A stretch of DNA of 64,000 bases from Dehalococcoidia bacterium (GCA_963422755.1 OY730488.1), one strand, 5' to 3'. Shown: positions 31,970 through 42,481, numbered from the stretch's first letter. Notes: generated from the sequence alone by a model not told the origin. Numbers and translations are program-made.

Positions 31970-32890
31970 ATGAGCATCCTCCTCAACAACCGCACACGGC
32001 TGCTGATCCAGGGCCTGGGCAACGAAGGTCAAAACCAAATCCGGCGCTCGCTCGATTACGGCACGACCGTGGTTGCCGGCGTGCATCCAGGCTTTCGCGG
32101 CGGCGAGACGTTCACGCACGGCGCCAACACCTTTCCCGTCTTCCCCACGGTGTCCGAAGCCGTCGAGCAGACCCAGGCGAACTGCACGATCATCTACGTG
32201 CCGGCGCCTGGCGCGGCTGACGCCATCCTCGAGAACATCGCCGCGGCAGTCCCCCTCATCGTCTGTATCACCGAGGGCGTGCCCGTGCACGACATGATCC
32301 GCGTGCGTTCCGCATTGGCCGATTCCGCGAGCAAGCTGATCGGGCCGAACTGCCCCGGCATCATTCAGCCGGCCTCAAACTGTCGCGTGGGCATCCACCC
32401 ACCCGACGTCTTCATGCCCGGCAATGTGGGCGTGGTCTCGCGTTCGGGGACACTGGTGTACGAGGCGGTCGACCAGCTCACACGGGCTGGTATCGGACAG
32501 TCGACCTGCGTCGGAGTCGGCGGCGACCCGATCATCGGTGAGCAGCAGCAGGAGATTCTGCGCCGCTTCCAGAATGATCCCGACACCGACGCGGTCGTGT
32601 TGATCGGCGAGATCGGCGGGCTCGCCGAACAGGCGGCGGCGGCTTACATCAAACGCAGTATGACCAAGCCGGTGGTGGCGTTCATCGCCGGCGCGACGGC
32701 GCCGCCAGGACGCCGCATGGGGCACGCGGGCGCGATCATCGAGGGTGAGGCGGGGACCGCCGAGGCGAAACTCCAGGCGCTGGAAGATGCCGGCGCGGTC
32801 ATCTCGCGCAGCCCAGCAGAAATCGGCGCGACGATGCGCCGAGTCCTCGAAGAGGCCGGCAAATACCAGCCACCAGGCGTGCCTGCATGA
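31970..32890 (+). CDS. sucD: Succinate--CoA ligase alpha subunit
   Basis: Start at MSILLNNRTRLLIQGLGNEGQ. CoA-binding and catalytic phosphohistidine region (GHAGAII). Confidence 0.9.
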   Translation: MSILLNNRTRLLIQGLGNEGQNQIRRSLDYGTTVVAGVHPGFRGGETFTHGANTFPVFPTVSEAVEQTQANCTIIYVPAPGAADAILENIAAAVPLIVCITEGVPVHDMIRVRSALADSASKLIGPNCPGIIQPASNCRVGIHPPDVFMPGNVGVVSRSGTLVYEAVDQLTRAGIGQSTCVGVGGDPIIGEQQQEILRRFQNDPDTDAVVLIGEIGGLAEQAAAAYIKRSMTKPVVAFIAGATAPPGRRMGHAGAIIEGEAGTAEAKLQALEDAGAVISRSPAEIGATMRRVLEEAGKYQPPGVPA

Positions 32891-33120
32891 CCAGCGACGG
32901 AGGGTACGCCGTGAGCGAAGAACCGCGAACGCCCAAGCAAGAGGGGCAACGGGCGGTTCTCGCCGGCCTGCTCGCGCCCTTACTCGGTATCGCGCTGATG
33001 GTGATTGTCAGCGTGGCGGTGGACGTGCTGATCGGTGTCATTGTCGGAGCGGTCGCTGTGATCGTCCTCGTGCCGATCGCGCACTGCCTGTTGCACCGCC
33101 GGCGCGGCCGCGACTCCTGA
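32887..33120 (+). CDS. Possible small membrane protein (77 aa)
   Basis: ATG overlaps the sucD stop (ATGA). One to two strongly hydrophobic helices (LAGLLAPLLGIALMVIVSVAVDVLIGVIVGAVAVIVLVPI). Confidence 0.3.
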   Translation: MTSDGGYAVSEEPRTPKQEGQRAVLAGLLAPLLGIALMVIVSVAVDVLIGVIVGAVAVIVLVPIAHCLLHRRRGRDS

Positions 33121-33149
33121 GAGAGATTGTCATAGCAGCAGATATCGTC

Positions 33150-33773
33150 GTGGAGGCTAGGGAAGAGCATCCATCAGCGGTTCGGATTCTCGATCACCTG
33201 CCGGCGGAACACGTCGATGAAGCGCTAACCATCCTGTTCGAAGCGTTTCGGCGGAAGTTTCGCCACGGCTTCCGCGATGCCGACGACTTCAGCGCCCTGT
33301 TTCGCCGCGACATCCAGCGCCAGCATTGCTTCACAGCCGTCATCGATGATCGACTGCTGGGCATCGCCACGATCAGCTCTTCGAGGCCGCCACGTGAGTT
33401 CTACCGCGCGGGGCTGTGGCACCTGCTCACGACGTTCAATCCCATTCGCACGCTTCGGGTCTGGTTCAACCTCTTCCTGCTCAGCGGATCCGCGCCACTC
33501 GACCAGCTGATGGTGGAATCGATCGCGGTCAGTCCGGATGCCCGTGGACTCGGCGTCGGTACGAAACTGATGAACGCCTGCGAAGAGCTGGCGCGGTCGG
33601 AGTCCTATCCCACGATCTCGCTGGACGTGATTGGCGAGAATGTTGGCGCGATCAAGCTCTACGAACGGCTCGGCTACACGATCGTTCGCACCACGTCGGG
33701 CTTCTGGGTGCGCTTGGCGACCGAGCAGGAGACCGTGCACCGCATGCAGATGCCACTCAGCGAGGAGGGCTAA
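33150..33773 (+). CDS. GNAT-family N-acetyltransferase
   Basis: Acetyl-CoA binding motif region (...IAVSPDARGLGVGTKLMNACEELAR...IKLYERLGY). Start uncertain (GTG at 33150 chosen). Upstream part of the listed ORF is Arg-rich and non-protein-like. Confidence 0.6.
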   Translation: MEAREEHPSAVRILDHLPAEHVDEALTILFEAFRRKFRHGFRDADDFSALFRRDIQRQHCFTAVIDDRLLGIATISSSRPPREFYRAGLWHLLTTFNPIRTLRVWFNLFLLSGSAPLDQLMVESIAVSPDARGLGVGTKLMNACEELARSESYPTISLDVIGENVGAIKLYERLGYTIVRTTSGFWVRLATEQETVHRMQMPLSEEG

Positions 33774-34747
33774 CCGCCCTGCTGCTCGTTGTCGTCCTCA
33801 TCCTCGGGCGGCCAGCACTCTAGGTCGGGATCGGCGTTGGGCGCGAGATTGCGCTTTTCCTTGCCCAGCACGGTACTCGGGTCATTGAGGAAGCCGACGA
33901 GCTCTTGGACAGCATCGGCGCCGATCGCCTCATCGTCGAGTATTTCGGTGCCATGTAAGTCCGTCTCGTAGATCACCAGGCGAACCGGTTCACCAGCACG
34001 TTGGAAATAGCGATTCGACTGCCAGTACGAACATTGGTTCCGGGCGCCGACCATGAAGAGCTTGGGCGCACCGACATCGGCGATCGTGCCGATGCCATCC
34101 AGGCGGTCGAAATCGCTGCCGCCTCGATCTGAGTTGGTGGGCGCCTTGTTGGGGAAAATGTTGGGGCTGGAGATCGCGCTGACGGCGTCGAATTCATTGC
34201 GGTAGGCGGCGACCTGCATCAGGCTGGTCCCACCCATGCTGACGCCGACGCCCAGAATGCGCGCCGCGCCCTCTGCGACGGCATAGTCGATCGCGGCTTC
34301 CCATTCGAGGTAAATCTCTGGCACGTCCTCGATCTGGCGACGGCTGTAGACGCATGGGGTGTCGCCGTGGCAACGGAAGTCCCAGCGCAGCACACGGTAG
34401 CCTTCCGCGACCAAGCGCTCGACGAGCTGGTCCCAGATGCCGCGGTGGGTCGGGTTGGTGTGTTTGGTGCGGTACATGTGACCGAGCAGCACCCACTCCT
34501 CACCGTCGCCATTGACTTCGGCGACGAATCGCGCACCGTCGTACGACTGCAGCACGAATGGGTCGTTGGCGTCGCTCTTGGTCGCGAGCGCAAGCGGCAC
34601 TGCAATGGCCAGCGCAATGGCGACCGCGCTGAACGCGCCCAGCAGCGGCATCCAACGGTTGGTCGTCAGGAGCGGCAGCAGGCGCGCCACCAGCGTTTGC
34701 GGACGCAGCCACTGGGTCACCTGTTCCCGCATATCTCCCACTGTCAT
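33770..34747 (-). CDS. Alpha/beta hydrolase (dienelactone-hydrolase/peptidase-S9-like) with N-terminal membrane anchor
   Basis: 325 aa. TM helix near the N-terminus (LGAFSAVAIALAIAVPLALA), nucleophile elbow GVSMGG. Confidence 0.7.
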   Translation of the reverse strand: MTVGDMREQVTQWLRPQTLVARLLPLLTTNRWMPLLGAFSAVAIALAIAVPLALATKSDANDPFVLQSYDGARFVAEVNGDGEEWVLLGHMYRTKHTNPTHRGIWDQLVERLVAEGYRVLRWDFRCHGDTPCVYSRRQIEDVPEIYLEWEAAIDYAVAEGAARILGVGVSMGGTSLMQVAAYRNEFDAVSAISSPNIFPNKAPTNSDRGGSDFDRLDGIGTIADVGAPKLFMVGARNQCSYWQSNRYFQRAGEPVRLVIYETDLHGTEILDDEAIGADAVQELVGFLNDPSTVLGKEKRNLAPNADPDLECWPPEDEDDNEQQGG

Positions 34748-34845
34748 TCGCTCACTGGCGCGTGCTGCCGACAGCGCCGCGAGAAGGGCGCAGGGACGGC
34801 GTCACTTCACGCAGCATATGCCTCGCACGCTGCTAGGCTCGCAGT

Positions 34846-34935
34846 GGAGGGTTCGCATAGTGGCCTAGTGCGCCCGCCTGCTAAGCGGGTTCGGGGGAGA
34901 CTCCGTCGAGGGTTCGAATCCCTCACCCTCCGCCA
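34846..34935 (+). tRNA. tRNA-Ser (anticodon GCU), type II
   Basis: Acceptor GGAGGGT/ACCCTCC, anticodon loop CUGCUAA, long variable arm TCGGGGGAGACTCCGTC, TPsiC GGTTCGAATCC, CCA encoded. Confidence 0.85.
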
Positions 34936-34959
34936 CCGGGACGAGCGAGCGATTGAGCG

Positions 34960-36327
34960 ATGCCGCAGTATCACATCTGGACCGTCGGCTGCCAGGTCAA
35001 CACGGCCGACTCGGCGAAACTCGCGGCCGGTCTGCGTCGGCTGGGGATGGACCCCACCGACCAGCCTCGGGACGCAGATCTGATCGTGCTCAACACCTGC
35101 GCCGTTCGCCAGCACGCTGAGGACAAGGCGCAGGCCAAACTCGGCTCGCTCAAGCACCTCAAGCGCGCCAACCCCGACCTGCAGATCGCCGTCATGGGCT
35201 GCATGGTTGGTCCGCACACAGCGCGCGGCGACGACCCCATCACCAAGCGCTTCCCCTTCGTCGACGTCTGGGCCCAGCCGCAGCGATTCGAGCAGGTGGT
35301 CGGCTTGCTCGATCTTCCCGGCTTGCCCCAGGCCGAGGATGACGGCGGCGAATTTTGGCCGGACATTTTCCCAGACCAGGCGCAGACGACTGCGTTCGTG
35401 CCGGTGATTGAGGGTTGTGACAAGTTCTGTACGTACTGCATTGTCCCGCTGCGGCGAGGGCGCGAACGCTCACGCCCAATTGATGAGATCGCGCGTGAGG
35501 TGGAAGCGCACACGCAGCGCGGCGTCCGCGAGGTGACGCTGCTCGGTCAGACGGTCGAGGCGTACGGCAAGGATCAAGCGGCGGTCGATCCCGCCACCGC
35601 GCACGCCGACCTCTCCGATCTGATGCGCGCGATCCACGATCTGCCCGGCCTGCGGCGTATTCGCCAGCTGACCAGCTATCCGCCTGACATGACTGATCGG
35701 ATCCTTGAAGGGATGGCGGCGCTGCCCAAGGTCTGCGAGGCGTTCTCGCTGCCGGTGCAGGCGGGCTCCGACGACGTGCTGGCCAACATGCGCCGGGGCT
35801 ACAGCGTCGGCCAGTTTCGAGACCGGGTCGCGAAGGTCCGCTCGCTCTGGCCGGAGGTCAGCATCTCGACCGACATCATCGTTGGCTTTCCGGGCGAAAC
35901 GGAGCAAGATTTCCAGGACACCTACAACCTGCTCGCCGATCTGCGGTTCGACAAGGTCCATGTAGCGGCGTACAGCCCGCGCGCCGGCACCTATGCCCAG
36001 CGGCATCAGCCCGACGATATCCCGCATGAAGTCAAGATGGAGCGGCTGCACCGCGTCGAGGAGCTGCAGCGTGGGATTTCCTTTCAGATCAACAACCGTT
36101 ACCTGCTCACCGACGTTGAAGTCCTGCTGGAGTCGAGCAAACGGTCGGAGACAGACGGCATCGAGCGTCATACAGGCCGCACGCGGACGATGAAACTGGT
36201 CCACTTCGATGCGCCTGTTGGTCAGTACCGACCAGGTGACATGCTGAGCGTGTCCGTCACCCGGGTCGGTGCATGGAGCCTGCAGGGCGAGCCCGCGGGG
36301 GGGCTTGCCGCTGTTTATGACGACTGA
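34960..36327 (+). CDS. miaB: tRNA-2-methylthio-N6-dimethylallyladenosine synthase (radical SAM methylthiotransferase)
   Basis: 455 aa. MTTase N-domain cysteines (WTVGCQVN...NTCAV...), radical-SAM CxxxCxxC (CDKFCTYCIVP), C-terminal TRAM domain. Confidence 0.9.
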   Translation: MPQYHIWTVGCQVNTADSAKLAAGLRRLGMDPTDQPRDADLIVLNTCAVRQHAEDKAQAKLGSLKHLKRANPDLQIAVMGCMVGPHTARGDDPITKRFPFVDVWAQPQRFEQVVGLLDLPGLPQAEDDGGEFWPDIFPDQAQTTAFVPVIEGCDKFCTYCIVPLRRGRERSRPIDEIAREVEAHTQRGVREVTLLGQTVEAYGKDQAAVDPATAHADLSDLMRAIHDLPGLRRIRQLTSYPPDMTDRILEGMAALPKVCEAFSLPVQAGSDDVLANMRRGYSVGQFRDRVAKVRSLWPEVSISTDIIVGFPGETEQDFQDTYNLLADLRFDKVHVAAYSPRAGTYAQRHQPDDIPHEVKMERLHRVEELQRGISFQINNRYLLTDVEVLLESSKRSETDGIERHTGRTRTMKLVHFDAPVGQYRPGDMLSVSVTRVGAWSLQGEPAGGLAAVYDD

Positions 36328-37015
36328 GGCCGTCAGCCCATCCAACATTGACCCGAGCATTAACCCGGGCATCGAGGCGAGCGCGGTGCGGTGGCCGACG
36401 GTCGCGGCACTGGTGGTGATCTTCACCGTCGTCGATGGCTCCCTGCAGGTGCTGCTGATTGAGCGTTCGGCCTCCCCGGCCGAGGGGCAATGGGCGATCC
36501 CCGGTGGCGCGCTGCGCCATGACGAGACGCTCGAACAGGCCGCTGTCCGCAAGTTGGCTGAAGAGACTGGCGTCACCGACGTGTTTCTCGAACAGCTCTA
36601 CACCTTCGACGATCTGGATCCGTCCTCAGCCGATGGCAGCGTCGGCGTAGCCTGGTTCGCCCTGGTCGACCCGTCGCGGGTGCGTCTGGCGCAGCGAACG
36701 GCATGGCGACCGGCCTGGTGGGATCTCGACGCGATGCCGCCCCTGGCCTTTGACAACGAACGCGTGATCGACGTCGCCCGTACACGCTTGATCAACAAAC
36801 TGCAGTACACCGACGCCGCCTACTCGCTGCTGCCGGCACGCTTCACGATGCGCCAGCTGCAGCAGGTCTACGAGGCGATTCTGGGCAGGACGTTGGACAA
36901 ACGGAACTTTCGGCGACGTCTGCTGGCGACGGATTTCATTGCGGCGACTTCGGAACAGCGCAGCGACGGACGGCATCGGCCGTCGCGGCTCTATCGCTTC
37001 GCCAACCGCTCCTGA
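36317..37015 (+). CDS. nrtR: NrtR-type Nudix-related transcriptional regulator
   Basis: N-terminal Nudix fold (GGALRHDETLEQAAVRKLAEETGV) plus a C-terminal NrtR winged-helix signature (FTMRQLQQVYEAILGRTLDKRNFRRRLL...RPSRLYRF). Directly upstream of nadABC. ATG overlaps the miaB 3' end. Confidence 0.8.
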   Translation: MTTEAVSPSNIDPSINPGIEASAVRWPTVAALVVIFTVVDGSLQVLLIERSASPAEGQWAIPGGALRHDETLEQAAVRKLAEETGVTDVFLEQLYTFDDLDPSSADGSVGVAWFALVDPSRVRLAQRTAWRPAWWDLDAMPPLAFDNERVIDVARTRLINKLQYTDAAYSLLPARFTMRQLQQVYEAILGRTLDKRNFRRRLLATDFIAATSEQRSDGRHRPSRLYRFANRS

Positions 37016-37051
37016 CCGCGCAGCGCTTGACAACCCGCGCGCGGAACTGCA

Positions 37052-37087
37052 ACACTGTCTATTATTGAATAGTGTCATACTGACACT
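37052..37087. promoter_or_regulatory. Candidate NrtR operator: overlapping palindromes upstream of nadA
   Basis: ACACTgtctattattgaatAGTGT and AGTGTCAtacTGACACT (perfect 7-bp inverted repeat, 3-nt spacer), 35-70 bp upstream of the nadA ATG. Confidence 0.5.
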
Positions 37088-37120
37088 AAGTGATCGAGCC
37101 CTCCGATCAGAGAGTCCGCC

Positions 37121-38338
37121 ATGACTGAAGCGACCATCGTTGAGACGACCTACGCCCCCGATTTGCTTCCGCCTGACCTGCCTGACGACGCGTGCGAGAC
37201 CGACATCGCCACAGTCCCGCTAGTGTCCGAGCAGCACCTACCCAATTGGCAGCCTGACATTCCGCAACGCTACCTGCAGCTCTCTGGCGATGAGCTGCGG
37301 GAGCGGATCAGGGCAGCGCGGACTCAACTGGGCGACCGCCTGCTAATCCTGGGCCACCACTACCAGCGCGACGACATCATCGAGTTCGCCGATTTTCGCG
37401 GCGACTCGTTCAAGCTGGCGCAACAGGCGGCGGAGAATACGACAGCGGATTACGTCGTTTTCTGCGGCGTGCACTTCATGGCCGAAAGCGCCGACATCCT
37501 GACCCAACCGGCGCAGACCGTGATCCTGCCCAATCTCGCCGCTGGCTGCTCGATGGCCGACATGGCGCAGCCCGACGATGTCTACGACGCCTGGGCAGAC
37601 CTCTCGGACGTGGTCGACACCAGCCGTGTGATTCCGATTACCTACATGAACTCGGCCGCCTCTCTGAAAGCGTTCGTCGGCAAGCATGGCGGTGCCGTCT
37701 GCACCTCGTCCAATGCGACCGCAGTGCTCGAATGGGCGTTCGAACAGGGCGACCAGGTGCTCTTCTTCCCTGATCAGCATCTGGGGCGCAACACCGGCAA
37801 GCGGCTGGGCATCGACCCGCGCACGCAGACCGCCGTCTGGAGTCCGCGCAAGGCGCTGGGCGGACTCTCGGAGGCGCGCATCGCGCAGAGCAAGATCCTG
37901 CTCTGGCAGGGGCACTGCTCCGTCCACATCCGCTTCCGCGTCGACCAGATCGAGCGCGCCCGCGCTGAGCATCCCGATGTTCGCGTCGTCGTGCACCCCG
38001 AGTGTCCGGAGCCAGTCGTCGACGCCGCCGACGCCGATGGCTCGACAGAATTCATCATCAATTATGTCCGCAACGGCCCGCCCGGCGTCTACGCCATCGG
38101 GACCGAGATCAATCTCGTGCACCGACTCAACGAGGAAGTGGCGGCGCAAGGGAAATCGGCGTTCTGTCTGGACCCGGTGGTTTGTCCCTGCGCGACGATG
38201 TATCGCATCCATCCGGCGTATCTGGCCTGGGTGACCGAATCGCTGGCCGCCAACCGCGTCGTGAACCCGATCCGGGTCGATGACGACACCCGCGAGTGGG
38301 CCCGCGTCGCGCTGGACCGCATGCTGGCCATTACCTAG
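37121..38338 (+). CDS. nadA: Quinolinate synthase A
   Basis: 405 aa. NadA fold with conserved cysteine ligands, and an N-terminal extension typical of the long NadA type. Confidence 0.9.
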   Translation: MTEATIVETTYAPDLLPPDLPDDACETDIATVPLVSEQHLPNWQPDIPQRYLQLSGDELRERIRAARTQLGDRLLILGHHYQRDDIIEFADFRGDSFKLAQQAAENTTADYVVFCGVHFMAESADILTQPAQTVILPNLAAGCSMADMAQPDDVYDAWADLSDVVDTSRVIPITYMNSAASLKAFVGKHGGAVCTSSNATAVLEWAFEQGDQVLFFPDQHLGRNTGKRLGIDPRTQTAVWSPRKALGGLSEARIAQSKILLWQGHCSVHIRFRVDQIERARAEHPDVRVVVHPECPEPVVDAADADGSTEFIINYVRNGPPGVYAIGTEINLVHRLNEEVAAQGKSAFCLDPVVCPCATMYRIHPAYLAWVTESLAANRVVNPIRVDDDTREWARVALDRMLAIT

Positions 38339-38366
38339 CGGCCGTACCGACGAACCGTACCGAATC

Positions 38367-39863
38367 ATGCGGGTGCTGGTCATCGGGAGTGGGCTGGCGG
38401 GCATCAACGCTGCGTTGTTGGCCTCCGAGTTCGCGGACGTCACCCTGCTCGCCAAGTCCGACCTGTCGCAGACCAACACACAGCGCGCGCAGGGCGGGAT
38501 CGCCGCCGCCGTTGATGCGCTCGACGACCCCGAGACGCACGCCGCCGACACGATCCGCGCAGGCGCTGGACTTTGCGATCCTGGCGTGGTGCAAACGCTG
38601 ACCGCCGACGGACTCGAGGCGATCCAGCGTCTGGCTGCGTTGGGCGTGCAATTCGACCGCGACGGCAGTGGCCGACTGGCGCTCGCGACCGAGGGCGCGC
38701 ATTCGACACCGCGCGTCCTCCATGCCGGCGGCGACCAAACCGGCATGCACATCCAGTCAGCGCTCGTAGACCGTCTGGCCGAGTCGGAGGTGGACGTGCG
38801 CAGCGGCCTCGCCGTCACCGAGTTGGCGATCGACGCCGGCCGCTGCGTCGGCGCGGTCACCAGCGAGCGGCACACGCTCAGCGCCGACGCCGTCGTACTT
38901 GCGACGGGCGGCGCGGGAGCGTTGTATCGCACGACGACCAATCCGAGCAATGCGACTGGCGACGGCGTCGCGCTGGCGTTCCGCGCGGGAGCGGTGGTCC
39001 GCGATTTGGAGTTCGTGCAGTTCCATCCGACTGCACTCGTCTCGGAGGACAGCGCGTTCCTGGTCTCCGAGGCGCTGCGCGGAGACGGGGCGGTGTTGCT
39101 CGACCGCAACGGCGACCGCTTCATGGCGCAGATTCATCCCGATGCCGAGTTAGCGCCGCGCTCGGTCGTGGCGCAGGCGATCTCGGAGATCATGCGACGC
39201 GACGTGACCGACCATGTCCTGCTCGACATCTCCCATCGCGATCCCGACTACCTGCACGAGCGATTTCCCGGCGTCTATCGCGGCGCGCTCACGCGCGGCG
39301 TCGATCTCACCGCTGGCCCAATACCAGTCGCGCCGGCGGCGCACTACCACATGGGCGGCGTCTACACCGACCGCGACGGTCGCACGACCGTGCCTGGCCT
39401 GCTGGCGGCCGGGGAATGCGCATCGACCGGCGCGCACGGCGCCAATCGGGTTGCTTCCAATTCGCTGCTCGAAGCGGCCGTCTTCTCGACTCGGGCAGTA
39501 TCGGCGCTCAGACGCGGCACCTATCTGAGCGGCGCGACGCACCCACCTGAAACTGCCCTGACTCCGCCGATGGCGCTCGACGCCGTAGCGCCGAACTGGC
39601 ATGTCTTGCAGACAACGATGAACGACTTCGTAGGCATCACTCGCGCGGCCGATGATCTATCGGCGGCGCTCCAGCGCTTCGACGCCTGGTCCTCCGAGGC
39701 ACGCGCTGATCCCTCACTCCCGTTGGCTACATTGACCGCGCGCCTGATCGCAGAAGCGGCGCTGACGCGGACGGAGACGCGAGGGGCGCACCTGCGCCTG
39801 GACTTCCCTTCATCCGACTCAAGCTGGGCGCGGCGCTGCGCCTGGCGCTTGGCGCGCGAATGA
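38367..39863 (+). CDS. nadB: L-aspartate oxidase
   Basis: Start at MRVLVIGSGLAGINAALLA (FAD dinucleotide fold). Succinate-dehydrogenase/fumarate-reductase flavoprotein family features (RAQGGIAA, HYHMGGV). Confidence 0.9.
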   Translation: MRVLVIGSGLAGINAALLASEFADVTLLAKSDLSQTNTQRAQGGIAAAVDALDDPETHAADTIRAGAGLCDPGVVQTLTADGLEAIQRLAALGVQFDRDGSGRLALATEGAHSTPRVLHAGGDQTGMHIQSALVDRLAESEVDVRSGLAVTELAIDAGRCVGAVTSERHTLSADAVVLATGGAGALYRTTTNPSNATGDGVALAFRAGAVVRDLEFVQFHPTALVSEDSAFLVSEALRGDGAVLLDRNGDRFMAQIHPDAELAPRSVVAQAISEIMRRDVTDHVLLDISHRDPDYLHERFPGVYRGALTRGVDLTAGPIPVAPAAHYHMGGVYTDRDGRTTVPGLLAAGECASTGAHGANRVASNSLLEAAVFSTRAVSALRRGTYLSGATHPPETALTPPMALDAVAPNWHVLQTTMNDFVGITRAADDLSAALQRFDAWSSEARADPSLPLATLTARLIAEAALTRTETRGAHLRLDFPSSDSSWARRCAWRLARE

Positions 39864-40723
39864 CTCGGCTCGACACCGCGCTCGTTCAGCGTTTGGTCGA
39901 TGCCGCGCTCGCGGAAGATCGCGCCGATCTTGACGTGACGACGAATGCGCTCGGCCGCTGGATCGACGGGCGGCACGGGACGGCGCAGCTAAACGCGCGC
40001 GCTGAGGGGGTGATCTGCGGCCTCGACTTCGCACGCGCGGCGTTTACCGCTACCGATCCCGAGGTCCGATTTCTCACCGCTCTCGAGGACGGCGCACACG
40101 TAACCGCTGGCCAATCGATCGCGAACGTGAGCGCTCAACTCTCAGCACTCCTGCGGGCTGAGCGCACCGCGTTGAACTGGCTGCAGCGCCTCAGCGGCAT
40201 CGCGACCATGACCGCGCAAGCCGTCGCTGGGGCAGGGTCACACACGAACATTCTCGACACGCGTAAGACCACACCACAATTACGGGCGGCGGAGCGATAC
40301 GCCGTCCGCTGCGGCGGCGGCCTCAACCACCGTGACTCGCTCGCGGCGGGCGTGTTGATCAAGGACAATCACATCGCCTCCGTTCGACAGGCCGGCGGCA
40401 CGCTCGCGGACGCTGTCTCCACTGCCTTGGCCAACGTTGGACCGGCCACGGGCGTAGAAGTAGAGGTCACCAACCTCGACGAGGCGCGGGAAGCGCTCGA
40501 GGCGGGCGCGGCCGCACTGCTGCTGGACAACTTCTCGGTCGACGATCTCCCGCCCGCGGTCGCGCTGGCGCGCCAGCGGGGTGCCCGCACCGAAGCCAGC
40601 GGCGGGATCACCCTCGAACTGGTTCCCCGCGTGGCGGCGACCGGAGTGGACGCCATCTCACTCGGCGCGTTGACGCACTCGGCCCCATCGCTGGACATCG
40701 CGCTGGACATCACCGCCGCCTAA
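39860..40723 (+). CDS. nadC: Nicotinate-nucleotide pyrophosphorylase [carboxylating]
   Basis: 287 aa. QPRTase N- and C-domains (...[10 protein letters not shown]...). ATGA overlap with nadB. Confidence 0.9.
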   Translation: MTRLDTALVQRLVDAALAEDRADLDVTTNALGRWIDGRHGTAQLNARAEGVICGLDFARAAFTATDPEVRFLTALEDGAHVTAGQSIANVSAQLSALLRAERTALNWLQRLSGIATMTAQAVAGAGSHTNILDTRKTTPQLRAAERYAVRCGGGLNHRDSLAAGVLIKDNHIASVRQAGGTLADAVSTALANVGPATGVEVEVTNLDEAREALEAGAAALLLDNFSVDDLPPAVALARQRGARTEASGGITLELVPRVAATGVDAISLGALTHSAPSLDIALDITAA

Positions 40724-41184
40724 GCGCGTCGCGGGCGCTCCAAATCGGCGGAGTCGATCACGATGGTGCAGGGGCCATCGTTGACCGATTCGACCAACAT
40801 CGTCGCCCCGAACACACCCGTCGCCACCACGATCCCCTGCTCGCGCAAGGACTGTGCGAAGCGCGCAACGAGCGGCTCAGCCGCCTGCGGTCTCGCCGCG
40901 CGAGTGAAGCTGGGACGGCGCCCCTTGCGGACATCGGCGAACAGCGTGAATTGGCTCACCACCAGCGCTTCGCCGCCAATGTCGAGCAGACTCTCGTTGA
41001 TACGGCCTGCGTCGTCAGCGAAGATACGCAACCCGGCGGTCTTGTCGGCCAGGGCGTCTGCCTGGTCGGCGCTGTCCTCCGCCGCGACGCCCAGCAGGAT
41101 CAGCAGTCCACACCCGATGGCGCCGACGGTCTCGCCATCCACCGTGACGGATGCGTGGCGCACACGCTGGAGCACGACTCTCAT
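40720..41184 (-). CDS. dtd: D-aminoacyl-tRNA deacylase
   Basis: 154 aa. MRVVLQRV...SQFTLFAD...[11 protein letters not shown], canonical DTD with SQFTL and GP motifs. Confidence 0.9.
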   Translation of the reverse strand: MRVVLQRVRHASVTVDGETVGAIGCGLLILLGVAAEDSADQADALADKTAGLRIFADDAGRINESLLDIGGEALVVSQFTLFADVRKGRRPSFTRAARPQAAEPLVARFAQSLREQGIVVATGVFGATMLVESVNDGPCTIVIDSADLERPRRA

Positions 41185-41211
41185 CAGCGAGCGCGCAGTG
41201 GCGTCAGCGGC

Positions 41212-41532
41212 TTAATCAGCTGCCGCCGCCGAGGCCTCACGTTCGCCGGAGCTGGGCGTAGGGCCATCCGACGCAGCGCCGTCACCGTCGCCACCGTCAT
41301 CGGCGCCGCCCTCGCCGCTGTCACTGTCCTCGTCGCGTCGCGACTTCCAGCTGCTCTTCTTGCTGTCGGTCGAGTACCAACCGGAGCCTTTGAAGACGAT
41401 GGCAGGTGGGCTCGGGATGCGCTGCAGGGTGTGGTCGCACTCGCTGCAGGGCTGCTGGGCTGGGGCGCTCCAGCCTTCCAACTTCTCGACCGTATGGCCG
41501 CACTCGAAACACTCGTACACGTAGCGGGGCAC
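41212..41532 (-). CDS. FmdB-family zinc-ribbon protein
   Basis: MPRYVYECFECGH...CSECD: two CxxC pairs at the N-terminus, acidic Gly/Asp-rich tail. Confidence 0.8.
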   Translation of the reverse strand: MPRYVYECFECGHTVEKLEGWSAPAQQPCSECDHTLQRIPSPPAIVFKGSGWYSTDSKKSSWKSRRDEDSDSGEGGADDGGDGDGAASDGPTPSSGEREASAAAAD

Positions 41533-41731
41533 GTACTTCCTCCGCGTAGAACATCAGACAACACCTCCTAAGCTATCACGGCCTGAAATCACAGCGATTT
41601 GTTGCAGCGACCGAGACGCCACCCCCTATACTCGGGACGGTACCCGCGCTTGCGGGCCCGAACAGCGTGAGATTATTTCCGCACGCTCGCACCGCCATAA
41701 CCGCGCCGCGACAGAGCACCCGAGGAGCCGG

Positions 41732-42481
41732 ATGACGACACCGATCTCAATGCGCGACCTGCTGGAGGCTGGAGTCCACTTCGGCCACCAGACCGGGCGC
41801 TGGAATCCCAAGATGGCGCCATTCATCTTCGGCGCCCGCAATGGCGTGCACATCCTCGACCTCGCCCAAACCGTGACCCGCTTGGCAGAGGCTACGGAGG
41901 TGGCGCGGGAATTGTCGTCATCGGGCCAGCAGATCCTGTTCGTTGGCACCAAGCGCCAAGCGCAGGACGTGATTCGCAACGAGGCCGATCGCGCCAACAT
42001 GCCCTACGTCGTCACCCGCTGGCTCGGCGGCACGCTGACCAACTTCCAGACGATCCGCAAACGCGTCGACTACATGCTCGAACTCGAGCGGCGTGAAGAG
42101 GCCGGTCAGCTCGATCTGTTGCCGAAGAAAGAGGCGCTGAAACTGCGCGACAATCTCACTCGGCTGCACCGCTACCTGCGCGGATTGCGCGACATGAACA
42201 CACTGCCCGGCGCACTGTTCATCGTCGATGTCCCGCGCGAACACATCGCCGTCGCAGAAGCGCGGCGGCTGCGGATCCCCATCATTGCAATCTGTGACAC
42301 CAACTCCGACCCCAATCTGATCGACTACCCGATTCCCTCCAATGACGACGCGATTCGAGCCGTGCGGCTGTTGGCCGCGCAGATCGCGGAGGCGGCGCAG
42401 GAGGGCGGCATGATGCGTCAGAGCGCGGTCGAAGGTGACGACGGGTTCGAGTCGGCGGCCGAGCCGGCGCTGACGCGCTAA
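41732..42481 (+). CDS. rpsB: 30S ribosomal protein S2
   Basis: 249 aa. MRDLLEAGVHFGHQTGRWNPKM, canonical S2. Confidence 0.95.
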   Translation: MTTPISMRDLLEAGVHFGHQTGRWNPKMAPFIFGARNGVHILDLAQTVTRLAEATEVARELSSSGQQILFVGTKRQAQDVIRNEADRANMPYVVTRWLGGTLTNFQTIRKRVDYMLELERREEAGQLDLLPKKEALKLRDNLTRLHRYLRGLRDMNTLPGALFIVDVPREHIAVAEARRLRIPIIAICDTNSDPNLIDYPIPSNDDAIRAVRLLAAQIAEAAQEGGMMRQSAVEGDDGFESAAEPALTR

